Of a stretch of DNA of 64,000 nt, positions 37,109 to 45,681 are shown piece after piece. The position numbers and the translations under genes are program-made. Numbering within the stretch: position 1 is the stretch's first letter; every line of letters begins with the position of its first letter. The stretch is from Rhizobiaceae bacterium (GTDB taxonomy: Bacteria; Pseudomonadota; Alphaproteobacteria; Rhizobiales; Rhizobiaceae), in assembly GCA_017640615.1 (NCBI GenBank), contig JAEPQK010000007.1, forward strand, positions 104,407 through 168,406, read 5' to 3'. The notes beneath the pieces are model-generated. The model had not been told where the DNA came from. It did no database searches and was given only the letters and a program-made list of their open reading frames with translations.

Positions 37109-37125
37109 CTCCCTCAAATGGGAGA
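37109..37125. promoter_or_regulatory. 17-bp motif copy 4: CTCCCTCAAATGGGAGA
   Basis: Between divergent starts: about 59 bp from 37050 (-) and about 65 bp from 37190 (+). Confidence 0.7.
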
Positions 37126-37189
37126 GCTATGAAACATTCTTCAGACACAGTTCCTACGTTATTGCGTCGACCTTCAATGGAGCAGTGGA

Positions 37190-37624
37190 ATGAAACCTAC
37201 CCCCGCCGCAAAGGCGGCTTTGCCGGCGATCGCAATCGTAACGGCGCTGTGCGCCGCGCTTTTGCCCGTAGCAGCGGAGGCGTTCGTGTGGTTCGGCTCG
37301 GGCCAGCCGGAGCGCTTTTTCGCCGAACCCCGCACAATCACTCTTCAGATGCTGCTCGCATCAGGGCCATTCTGGGTTACAGCGCTGCTCATCCCGTCTG
37401 GCGTTCTCACCCATAACCGCGGCAGGGTGCGAAACGGTCTTGCGGCCGGCTTTGCGCTGACACTCGCAATGTGGGCTTGGACCGCATGGGATGGATATAG
37501 CTATCAAGTCGACCCTGGCGCTTCGGGCGGAGCGAATATCGGCCTCGGGCTCGTAATGCTCGCCTCGCCAGCCATGATCCTGCTGGTCATGATTGTGATG
37601 ATTGGCAGAGCTCGCGCCAGCTAG
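37190..37624 (+). CDS. Hypothetical 4-TM membrane protein
   Basis: Four hydrophobic segments; GGANIGLGL before the last TM; SD GGAG. Confidence 0.7.
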   Translation: MKPTPAAKAALPAIAIVTALCAALLPVAAEAFVWFGSGQPERFFAEPRTITLQMLLASGPFWVTALLIPSGVLTHNRGRVRNGLAAGFALTLAMWAWTAWDGYSYQVDPGASGGANIGLGLVMLASPAMILLVMIVMIGRARAS

Positions 37625-37774
37625 GCGCGCGCGACAGATGTGTGCCAGGTAAACAGCGGCTTTGCGCGCGCGCAGAACACCGCCTTATACAGACGAACTA
37701 TTCCATCGGAGCGCTGGGGTGATATGACATTTTGCAGCGCGGTATGACGCGCTGCATCACCTGTGAGGCGCATA

Positions 37775-39916
37775 ATGGACCGGAAACCCGAACTCGAAGC
37801 ATGGCGGGCGCTCGCCGAAAAGGAGATCAAGGGCGATCCGGACAAGCTCGTCTGGCAGACGCCAGAAGGCATTCCCGTAAAGCCGCTTTACACCGAAGCC
37901 GACTTAAGCGGCATCGACCATCTCGGTTCGCTGCCCGGCATCAACCCCTATCTGCGCGGACCCCGCGCGACGATGTATGCCGGCAGGCCCTGGACCATTC
38001 GCCAGTATGCGGGCTTCTCGACCGCAGAAGAGAGCAACGCATTCTACCGCAAGGCGCTGGCCGGCGGGCAGAAAGGTCTTTCCGTCGCCTTCGATCTCGC
38101 CACGCATCGCGGCTATGACAGCGACCATCCGCGCGTTGAGGGCGATGTCGGCAAGGCAGGCGTTGCGATCGACAGCGTCGAGGACATGAATATCCTGTTC
38201 GACGGCATTCCGCTCAAGGAGATGTCGGTCTCCATGACCATGAATGGCGCGGTGATCCCAATCCTCGCCTCTTTCATCGTCGCCGGTCAGGAACAGGGCT
38301 GCGATGTAGCGGAACTGTCGGGCACCATTCAGAACGACATTCTGAAGGAGTTCATGGTCCGCAACACCTATATCTACCCGCCCGAACCTTCGATGCGCAT
38401 CGTGTCGGACATCATCGCCTATACGGCGGACAATATGCCGAAATTCAACTCGATCTCGATCTCCGGCTATCACATGCAGGAGGCGGGCGCGACGCTGGTG
38501 CAGGAGCTTGCCTTCACGCTTGCAGACGGGCGCGAATATGTGCGCGCCGCGATCGCTCGGGGGCTCGATGTCGATGCATTCGCAGGACGGCTTTCCTTCT
38601 TCTTCTGCATCGGCATGAACTTTTTCATGGAGGCCGCGAAGCTGCGCGCCGCGCGGCTTTTGTGGTCGCGCATCATGGCGGACTTTAATCCGAAAAAGGC
38701 CTCGTCTTCGATGCTTCGCACGCATTGCCAGACCTCCGGCGTCTCGCTGCAGGAGCAGGACGCCTACAACAATGTCGTGCGCACGGCATTCGAGGCGATG
38801 AGCGCGGTGCTCGGCGGCACGCAGTCGCTTCACACCAACTCCTTCGACGAGGCGATTGCGCTGCCGACAGAGTTCTCGGCCCGCATTGCCCGCAACACGC
38901 AGCTCATCCTCAATCATGAGACCGGCGTGACCAAAGTCGTCGATCCGCTCGCCGGCTCCTATTATGTGGAGAGCCTCACCAACGAACTGGCCGAAAAGGC
39001 CTGGGCGCTGATGGAAGAAATCGAGGCCATGGGCGGCATGACGAAGGCGGTCAATGACGGCTATCCCAAGCGGCTGATCGAAGAGGCGGCGACGCGCAAG
39101 CAGGCGGCGGTCGACCGTGGCGACGAGGTGATCGTCGGCGTCAACAAATACCGGCCCGACAATGACGACAAATTCGAAATCCTGACCATCGACAACAAGG
39201 CTGTGCGCGAGGCGCAGATCAAGCGGCTGGAGCGTATCCGCCGGCAGCGCGATCCGAAGCAGCTTGAAACCGCGCTTGAGGAGCTGGCGCGGGTGGCCAG
39301 TACCGGCGAAGGCAATCTGCTGGCGGCGGCTGTGGAAGCGGCTCGCGCCCGCGCCTCGGTCGGTGAGATCACCGAGGCGATGCGGCGGGCCTTCGGCGAC
39401 CACAGGGCAGAACCCGAGGTCGTGCACGACGTCTATGGCCCCGCATATCGCGATGAGCCGGAATACAAGACGCTGGTCGAGCGCTTCGCAGCGCACGCAA
39501 AATCCTCAGGCGCAACGCCGAAGATCATGGTCGCCAAGCTCGGCCAGGACGGGCACGACCGCGGCGCCAAGATCATCGCATCTGCCTTCGGCGATATCGG
39601 TTTCGATGTGCTGGCAGGGCCGCTGTTTCAGACGCCAGAGGAAGCCGCGAAGATGGCGGTCGAGCGCAAGGTCCATGTGGTGGGCATGTCGTCGCTCGCG
39701 GCCGGCCACAAAACACTTGCCCCGCAGCTGATCGATGCGCTCAAGGCGCAGGGCGGCGAGGATATCATTGTCGTTGTCGGCGGTGTCGTGCCGAAGCAGG
39801 ACTATGAGTTCCTCACCGACAATGGCGTGGCCGCAGTGTTTGGCCCCGGCACCAATGTGCTAGATGCGGCACGCGCGGTGCTCGATCTGCTGGAAGGGAA
39901 GAGAAGGAACGCTTAG
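37775..39916 (+). CDS. scpA: Methylmalonyl-CoA mutase (B12-dependent; BhbA-like)
   Basis: [28 protein letters not shown]12-binding [15 protein letters not shown]. Confidence 0.95.
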   Translation: MDRKPELEAWRALAEKEIKGDPDKLVWQTPEGIPVKPLYTEADLSGIDHLGSLPGINPYLRGPRATMYAGRPWTIRQYAGFSTAEESNAFYRKALAGGQKGLSVAFDLATHRGYDSDHPRVEGDVGKAGVAIDSVEDMNILFDGIPLKEMSVSMTMNGAVIPILASFIVAGQEQGCDVAELSGTIQNDILKEFMVRNTYIYPPEPSMRIVSDIIAYTADNMPKFNSISISGYHMQEAGATLVQELAFTLADGREYVRAAIARGLDVDAFAGRLSFFFCIGMNFFMEAAKLRAARLLWSRIMADFNPKKASSSMLRTHCQTSGVSLQEQDAYNNVVRTAFEAMSAVLGGTQSLHTNSFDEAIALPTEFSARIARNTQLILNHETGVTKVVDPLAGSYYVESLTNELAEKAWALMEEIEAMGGMTKAVNDGYPKRLIEEAATRKQAAVDRGDEVIVGVNKYRPDNDDKFEILTIDNKAVREAQIKRLERIRRQRDPKQLETALEELARVASTGEGNLLAAAVEAARARASVGEITEAMRRAFGDHRAEPEVVHDVYGPAYRDEPEYKTLVERFAAHAKSSGATPKIMVAKLGQDGHDRGAKIIASAFGDIGFDVLAGPLFQTPEEAAKMAVERKVHVVGMSSLAAGHKTLAPQLIDALKAQGGEDIIVVVGGVVPKQDYEFLTDNGVAAVFGPGTNVLDAARAVLDLLEGKRRNA

Positions 39917-39918
39917 CT

Positions 39919-40243
39919 GTGCGTCCTTCGAGGCTCGCCTTCGACAAGCTCAGGCTCACACCTCAGGATGAGGACCGAAGCCGCGGTTTCCCTCCCCTTC
40001 CAAGGGAGGGTGCCGAGCGAAGCGAGGCGGGTGGGGCTGATTCATGCCGTGCTTCTACACCCGCACCCGTCCAATCGCCTTTCGCCTTCGCCCTGCCGGG
40101 CACGGCGAACATACCGGCGATTGTCCACCTTCTCCAACGGGGGAGAGAAATCGCAAAACTTCCAACATGCACCAACCTCACGGCGACAATGCTCAACAGC
40201 CCTCATCCTGAGGTGCTTGCAATGCAAGCCTCGAAGGACGCAC
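39919..40243. repeat. Nested rhizobial REP/RIME-like palindromic intergenic elements
   Basis: GTGCGTCCTTCGAGGC..CCTCAGGATGAGG (39919-39973) with an inverted copy at 40201-40243, enclosing CCCTCCCC..AGGGAGGGTGCCGAGCGAAGCGAGGCGGGTGGGG and a degenerate inverted partner. Confidence 0.8.
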
Positions 40244-40254
40244 GAAGGAGCCCT

Positions 40255-40560
40255 TCACCCGCCGCTGATTGCCGTCAGCACATAAACGTCCGCGCCCGGC
40301 GCGAGCGGCGTTTCCAGCGTTGCGCGCTCACCTTCCACGAAGATGTTCATGTGTTTGCGGATTTTCGGAGTGGTGTCGCAGATGCGGTCGCGCATGCCGG
40401 GCCATTTGTCGTTGAGCGCATCGACCATGTGATCGACATTGCCGGCAACGACGCTGGTGCGGCGAGGCGCACCCGGAAACAAGTCGGCAAGAGGCGCTGC
40501 GAGCGTGACATTCACCTCGCCCGCATTCGCCGTGGCGGCGCTGTCGCTTCGCTGATTCAT
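40255..40560 (-). CDS. MoaD/ThiS-family ubiquitin-like sulfur carrier
   Basis: HMNIFVEG...VLTAISGG, C-terminal GG. Confidence 0.88.
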   Translation of the reverse strand: MNQRSDSAATANAGEVNVTLAAPLADLFPGAPRRTSVVAGNVDHMVDALNDKWPGMRDRICDTTPKIRKHMNIFVEGERATLETPLAPGADVYVLTAISGG

Positions 40561-41639
40561 TAGCCGACAACCACCGTTTCCACCGAGTGGATCGCCGGCA
40601 GGTGCTCGGCGATCGCAACCCAGCTGTCGCCTTCGTCGTTGCTGGCATAGAGCGCGCCGCCGCCGGTTCCGAAATAGACGCCGGCCTTGTCGAGACTGTC
40701 GGTCGCCATCGCCTGGCGCAGCACGCCGAAATAGGCGTTCTCCTGCGGCAGGCCGTTGCGCAAATCCTGCCAGGTCTCTCCCGCGTCGCGTGTGCGGTAA
40801 ACGGCAGCCGCCGCGTCCGGCATATAACGGCCGACCGAGTCGCCGTTGAGCGGCAGAAGGAACAGCGTGTCAGGATCGCGAGGATGCGCCGCGGCCGGGA
40901 ATCCAAAAGCCGACGGAAGGCCGGGCTCGATGCTTACCCAGCTCTTGCCGGCATCGTCGGAGCGATACATGCCGCAATGGTTTTGCTGATAGAGGCGGTC
41001 TTTCATGCCTGGCGCCTTGACCACGCAATGTACGCATTGGCCGAACTCCGGGTAGCGTTGATCCTCCGGCATGAAATCGGCGCGTGTCCCTTTGTTGCGG
41101 GTCTCCCATGTCTTGCCGCCATCGTCGGATCCGAAAACGCCAGCTGCGGAGATGCCAACCCAGATGCGTCCGTCATCGTCAGGATCGGGCACAAGCGAAT
41201 GCAGAATGAGCCCGGCGCCACCAGGGTTCCAATCCGGACGTGTCGGGTGCTTTTGCAGCCCGTCCATGTGCGACCAGCTGTTGCCGCCGTCGGCAGATGA
41301 AAACAGCCCCGCCGGCTGCACGCCGGCATAAAGCGTGCCGTTGCGCCGCGCCAGACTCCAGACCTGGCTCACAGGCTCCTTGCCCTCCTCATAGGCGAGG
41401 CCTTCGCTGGAATGGCTCCAGGTCTCGCCGAGATCGTCGGACTTCCAGACAGCCGGACCGAACCACTCTGAACCACCGCCGGCGTAGATCGCGCCGGTCT
41501 CGGGGTCGGCGATCGCATGGTTGATGGGCCAATGCTCGCAATAGGGTCCCCGCAAGCTCCAGTCCTTACGCGCCGTATCACTCTCGGCGATGAACAGCCC
41601 CTTCTTGGTTCCGACCAGAACCAGCACCTTGTCCGCCAT
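40560..41639 (-). CDS. BNR/Asp-box beta-propeller protein (sialidase/YCF48-like), cytoplasmic
   Basis: Repeated SxDxGxxW boxes (SDDLGETW, SADGGNSW, SDDGGKTW, SDDAGKSW, TRDAGETW, SNDEGDSW); no signal peptide; SD AGGAGG. Confidence 0.88.
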   Translation of the reverse strand: MADKVLVLVGTKKGLFIAESDTARKDWSLRGPYCEHWPINHAIADPETGAIYAGGGSEWFGPAVWKSDDLGETWSHSSEGLAYEEGKEPVSQVWSLARRNGTLYAGVQPAGLFSSADGGNSWSHMDGLQKHPTRPDWNPGGAGLILHSLVPDPDDDGRIWVGISAAGVFGSDDGGKTWETRNKGTRADFMPEDQRYPEFGQCVHCVVKAPGMKDRLYQQNHCGMYRSDDAGKSWVSIEPGLPSAFGFPAAAHPRDPDTLFLLPLNGDSVGRYMPDAAAAVYRTRDAGETWQDLRNGLPQENAYFGVLRQAMATDSLDKAGVYFGTGGGALYASNDEGDSWVAIAEHLPAIHSVETVVVG

Positions 41640-41735
41640 GTGTTCCTCCTTGCGTCCAATCATTCCCACTCAAGGACGTTCGAAGAAGCCTAACACCGAC
41701 AGCGCTGACTGAATATTCGAGATTATTTCGGGCGT

Positions 41736-42083
41736 TCAGTCTGTGTCTGATTTCCGCGGCTCTAGCATCGCGTGGATATGCTCGCGCGCCGCTTCTTCAG
41801 CGGCGGCTTCAATAGCTCGGAAGCGGACGAGCATTTCTTTGCCAGCTGGCGTGAGGCGGGCTCCGCCGCCCTGCGCGCCGCCAGCCCGCGTCTCGACTAC
41901 GGGCGTGCCGAGCAACCGGGCCGTCTCGTCGACCAGATCCCAGGCGCGCTTGTAGGACATACCCATGGCGCGCGCGCCGGAAGAGATGGAGCCGGTTTCG
42001 GCGATCTTTTCCAACAATGCGACCTTGCCCGGCCCGATACGGCCGCCATCGTCGAAATCGATACGCAGGCTGAGCACAGGCAT
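41736..42083 (-). CDS. modE: ModE-type winged-HTH regulator lacking Mop/TOBE domains
   Basis: IGPGKVALLEKIAETGSISSGARAMGMSYKRAW...GGAQGGGARLT. Confidence 0.85.
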   Translation of the reverse strand: MPVLSLRIDFDDGGRIGPGKVALLEKIAETGSISSGARAMGMSYKRAWDLVDETARLLGTPVVETRAGGAQGGGARLTPAGKEMLVRFRAIEAAAEEAAREHIHAMLEPRKSDTD

Positions 42084-42095
42084 GAGAGGCCTCCT

Positions 42096-43187
42096 TCAGC
42101 GGGCTGCGGCCACCGCGTCAGGGCCGACGCTAACCGTCTTCACCACGGCGAAAACAGGCTGTCCGGCCTCGAGCCGCAAACGCACCATCGAGAGTTTGGT
42201 GATGCGGGCGACGATAGTTTCGCCGCCGCAATCGATGCGGGCATCGAACATGTTGTCGGTAACCGGCTCCAGTGCCGCGAGCGTGCCGGCCAGCACATTC
42301 TGGGCGCTCAGGCCTACGGGCTTTTCGGTCGCGATCATCACATCGCGGGCCCGCAATCGAACGCGCACCACGGTGCCCAGCGTCACCGCCATCCTGGGTA
42401 CGATGACTTCGCCGGCAGCGGAGCGCAGCCGCGAAACGCCGAAGACCTGATCATGACCCGACACCCGCATCTCAAGTACGGCGCCGCCCTCGCCCATCTC
42501 GTCAGCGGGCAGAAGATCGAGCCGCGAAAGTATCGCCGCGGTTGGGCCCGCGGCCGCGACCTTGCCGTCGCGCATGACAACGACATTGGTCGCAAGCCGG
42601 GAAACCTCGGCAACAGAGTGGCTGACATAAACGATCGGTATGCCGGCCTCGTCGCGCAAGCGCTCCACATAAGGCAGGATTTCGCCCTTACGCGCCTCGT
42701 CGAGCGAGGCCAGCGGCTCATCCATCAGAATGAGGCGCGGGCTGGCCAGCAAGGCACGGCCGATGGCGACCCGCTGCTTTTCGCCGCCCGAGAGCTTTTC
42801 CGGCCGTCGGTTGAGCACATGGCCGATGCCGAGCAGATCGACCACTGTGTCGAACTCGGCGTAGCGCTCGCCGCGCGGCGCGAAAAAGCGGCCATAGCGC
42901 AGGTTTTGCGCGACGCTCAGATGCGGGAAAAGCCGCGCGTCCTGGAACACGTAGCCGATGCGCCGTTTCGATGCTGGCAGGAGAATACGGCCGCCAGTGT
43001 CGGCAAGGACGCGCCCGTCAACAGTGATGCTGCCGCTGTCCGGCCGGAGAAGGCCTGCAATCAGATTGACCAGCGTGGTTTTGCCAGAACCGGATGCGCC
43101 GAACAGCGCGGTCAACTTGCCCGCGCTCTCGAAGGCGGCATCCAGCGTGAAATCGCCCAGACGACGCGTGACATCGACCGACAGCAT
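42096..43187 (-). CDS. modC: Molybdate ABC ATP-binding protein
   Basis: GASGSGKT, VFQDARLFPHL, LSGGEKQR, TOBE GLSAQNVL..FAVVK. Confidence 0.95.
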   Translation of the reverse strand: MLSVDVTRRLGDFTLDAAFESAGKLTALFGASGSGKTTLVNLIAGLLRPDSGSITVDGRVLADTGGRILLPASKRRIGYVFQDARLFPHLSVAQNLRYGRFFAPRGERYAEFDTVVDLLGIGHVLNRRPEKLSGGEKQRVAIGRALLASPRLILMDEPLASLDEARKGEILPYVERLRDEAGIPIVYVSHSVAEVSRLATNVVVMRDGKVAAAGPTAAILSRLDLLPADEMGEGGAVLEMRVSGHDQVFGVSRLRSAAGEVIVPRMAVTLGTVVRVRLRARDVMIATEKPVGLSAQNVLAGTLAALEPVTDNMFDARIDCGGETIVARITKLSMVRLRLEAGQPVFAVVKTVSVGPDAVAAAR

Positions 43188-43888
43188 CACGCGCCTCCCC
43201 TGCGGCGCGCAATGCGGCGCGCAAGAAGCTCGGAGCCAACAAGTGCCGCCATCGAAATGGCGATGGAAATGACCGTTAGCCGGATCGCTGCGCTCTCGCC
43301 GCCCGGCACCTGCAGGAAGGTGTAAATCGCGGTCGGCAGCGTCTGCGTTTCTCCCGGAATGTTGGAAACGAAGGTGATCGTTGCGCCAAACTCGCCCATT
43401 GCCTTGGCGAAAGCCAGGATCATGCCGGCGAGGATACCGGGCAACGCAAGTGGCAGCGTCACGGTTGCAAGAACCCACAAACGGCCTGCGCCAAGCGTGG
43501 CCGCCGCCGCTTCGAGCTTGGTGTCGACCGCTTCCAGCGAAAGGCGGATCGCCCGAACCATAAGCGGGAAGCCCATCAGCGCGCATGCGAGCGCGGCTCC
43601 GGTCCAGCGGAACGAAAATGTGACACCGAGATACTCGGCGAAGAATGCGCCGGCAGGGCCCTTTGCGCCAAAGCTCAAGAGCAAAAGATAGCCGGTCACG
43701 ACCGGCGGCATGATCAGCGGTAGATGGACCAGACCGTCAAGCAGGATGCGGCCCGGAAAGCGGCCCCGCGCCAACACCAGCGCCACCAGAATGCCGAAAG
43801 GCAGGCTGGCAAGCGTTGCCCAGAACGCTATGCGCAGCGACAGCTTCACCGCGCTCCATTCGTCCGGGCCGAGGCCGAGCCAGTCCAT
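43187..43888 (-). CDS. modB: Molybdate ABC permease
   Basis: LPLIMPPVVTGY, MGEFGATITF. Confidence 0.95.
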   Translation of the reverse strand: MDWLGLGPDEWSAVKLSLRIAFWATLASLPFGILVALVLARGRFPGRILLDGLVHLPLIMPPVVTGYLLLLSFGAKGPAGAFFAEYLGVTFSFRWTGAALACALMGFPLMVRAIRLSLEAVDTKLEAAAATLGAGRLWVLATVTLPLALPGILAGMILAFAKAMGEFGATITFVSNIPGETQTLPTAIYTFLQVPGGESAAIRLTVISIAISMAALVGSELLARRIARRRGGA

Positions 43889-44697
43889 CAGCCGCCCTCC
43901 TCGATCTTGGGAACGTCAGTTTCGAAGCCATGCGCTTCGAAAATCGCACCAGCCGTCTCACCACCCAGAAACGCCAAAAGCGCTTCCGATCCGGGGTTTT
44001 CCGAGCCGGACAGGATTGCTGCCGGATACACGATCGCCGGGTGAGCGGTTGCCGGGAACATATCAAGGATGCGGACTTGAGGATCAGCATTCGCGTCGGT
44101 GCGATAGACGATGCCGAGCGGAGCTTCGCCTGTGGAGACGAGGGCCAGGGCCGCGCGCACATTTTCCGCCTGCGCCAGCCTGCCCGACACGGAATTCCAG
44201 ACGCCAAGCGTTTCGAGCGCGGCCTTTGCGTACCGGCCGGCCGGCACCGCGTCGGTATTCGCGACCGCAAGCCGGCCATCGCCAAGCGCCGCCGCGAGAT
44301 CAAAATCCGGTGCAATTTTCGCCGTCACATTGGAACCGGCCGACGCGACCAGCACGAGCCGGTTGCCAAGCAGCGCCGTTTCGGTCGCCTTGTCCGTCAA
44401 GCCGCGATCGGAAAGCCATGTCATCCAGTCGAGATCGGCCGAAATAAAGATGTCGGCAGGTGCGCCCCGTTCGATCTGCCGCGCCAGCGCGGAGCTTCCC
44501 GCATAGGAGATAACGACACGCTGTCCGTTCTCGGTTTCGTATGCAGTTGCGATTTCATCGAGCGCGTTTTTCAGGCTGGCGGCGGCGAAAACAAGCAGAC
44601 GTTCGGCAGCGACTGCGGCACTCGGCGCAACGAGAGAAGCCACCAAAAGCGCGGCGGCGAACGCCGCCCGGCCAAACCAGTTTTGTGTCGCAGGCAT
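43888..44697 (-). CDS. modA: Molybdate-binding periplasmic protein
   Basis: VFAAASL, GSSALARQIERGAPADIFISA, VPAGRYA, IVYRTD; exact start uncertain. Confidence 0.95.
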   Translation of the reverse strand: MPATQNWFGRAAFAAALLVASLVAPSAAVAAERLLVFAAASLKNALDEIATAYETENGQRVVISYAGSSALARQIERGAPADIFISADLDWMTWLSDRGLTDKATETALLGNRLVLVASAGSNVTAKIAPDFDLAAALGDGRLAVANTDAVPAGRYAKAALETLGVWNSVSGRLAQAENVRAALALVSTGEAPLGIVYRTDANADPQVRILDMFPATAHPAIVYPAAILSGSENPGSEALLAFLGGETAGAIFEAHGFETDVPKIEEGG

Positions 44698-44726
44698 CAG
44701 GCGCGGCCGTCCCCACCAAATTCGCA

Positions 44727-44754
44727 ACCGTTATATATGCGTGTGTATAACGGT
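44727..44754. promoter_or_regulatory. ModE box (Mo-box)
   Basis: ACCGTTATATA-tgcgtg-TGTATAACGGT, matching CGNTATATA-N6-TATATANCG, upstream of modA. Confidence 0.85.
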
Positions 44755-44807
44755 CAATGGACCAGGCGCGATTTGGAATTCGTGCGAAAATCGTCAAGGT
44801 AGGGAGA

Positions 44808-44847
44808 TTGACCCTGCGGTATGATTGCAACATACTCGGTAGTATGT
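44808..44847 (+). promoter_or_regulatory. sigma70-type promoter TTGACC-N17-CATACT with an overlapping operator ACATACT-cggt-AGTATGT
   Basis: Perfect 7-bp inverted repeat (44830-44847) covering the -10 box upstream of pcaD. Confidence 0.65.
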
Positions 44848-44868
44848 CGCCTTTTGGGAGGGAAGCGC

Positions 44869-45651
44869 ATGCGGTTCACCCGCGTCAACGGGGTAGTGAT
44901 ACATCACGCGGTACGAGGCGCCGGGGATCGCCCGACCATTGTCTTCTCCAATTCGCTCGGAACCGATTTCCGCATCTGGGATGCGGTCGCCCGGGAGTTC
45001 GAGCGCGACTACCAGCTTGTGCTCTACGACAAGCGCGGACACGGGCTTTCCGAGGCACCGCCGGCACCCTACGCGCTGACCGACCATGTCGGCGATCTTG
45101 CCGCCCTGCTCGAACACCTGGGCATCAAGAGCGCGACCGTCGTCGGGCTTTCGGTAGGCGGCATGATCGCGCAGGGCCTTGCCGCGCTCAGGCCGGACCT
45201 CGTGGAGCGGCTGGTGCTTTCCGATACAGCGCACAAGATCGGCAATGAAGAGCTGTGGAATGCCCGCATCGACGCCGTCACGAAAGGCGGCATTGCGTCG
45301 ATTTCCGACCAGATAATGGAGCGCTGGTTCACGCCGGCCTATCGCGATCCTGACAACGCTGACTTTGCCGGCTACACGGCAATGCTGACGCGCACGACTG
45401 TTGACGGCTACGCCGGCACTTGCGCAGTCCTGCGCGATGCCGACCTCACGGAATCCACGCGTGCGCTGAAGGTGCCAGTCATGTGCATCGTTGGCGATCA
45501 GGACGGCTCGACGCCGCCTGACCTGGTGCGCTCGACCGCCGCGTTGATCGATGGCGCGCGGTTTGAAATCATCAAGGATGCGGGGCATCTGCCTTGCATC
45601 GAGCAGCCGGCGAAAACGGCCGCTCTGATCCGCGATTTCTTACAGTCATAA
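44869..45651 (+). CDS. pcaD: 3-oxoadipate enol-lactonase-like hydrolase
   Basis: FSNSLGTD, YDKRGHG, GLSVGG, DGSTPP, GHLPCIE. Confidence 0.85.
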   Translation: MRFTRVNGVVIHHAVRGAGDRPTIVFSNSLGTDFRIWDAVAREFERDYQLVLYDKRGHGLSEAPPAPYALTDHVGDLAALLEHLGIKSATVVGLSVGGMIAQGLAALRPDLVERLVLSDTAHKIGNEELWNARIDAVTKGGIASISDQIMERWFTPAYRDPDNADFAGYTAMLTRTTVDGYAGTCAVLRDADLTESTRALKVPVMCIVGDQDGSTPPDLVRSTAALIDGARFEIIKDAGHLPCIEQPAKTAALIRDFLQS

Positions 45652-45681
45652 AGCCGCGCGAGCGGCGCAACGGGAGACAGA

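Noticed and set aside
27569..37700. Prophage, ICE or transposon origin of the accessory block
   Set aside because: No integrase, transposase, tRNA or flanking direct repeats seen; composition could not be computed.
37625..37774. Cobalamin riboswitch upstream of the mutase
   Set aside because: No B12-box elements seen; only a 9-bp inverted repeat (37733-37756) of unclear meaning.
37904..39496. Long antisense ORFs (also 41772-43325, 45646-46986, 48257-49324, 49574-50878, 29331-30287)
   Set aside because: Typical GC-rich shadows opposite well-supported genes, with no motifs of their own.
39919..40563. 214-aa ORF after scpA
   Set aside because: Runs through palindromic repeats and antisense to the MoaD-like gene; probably spurious.
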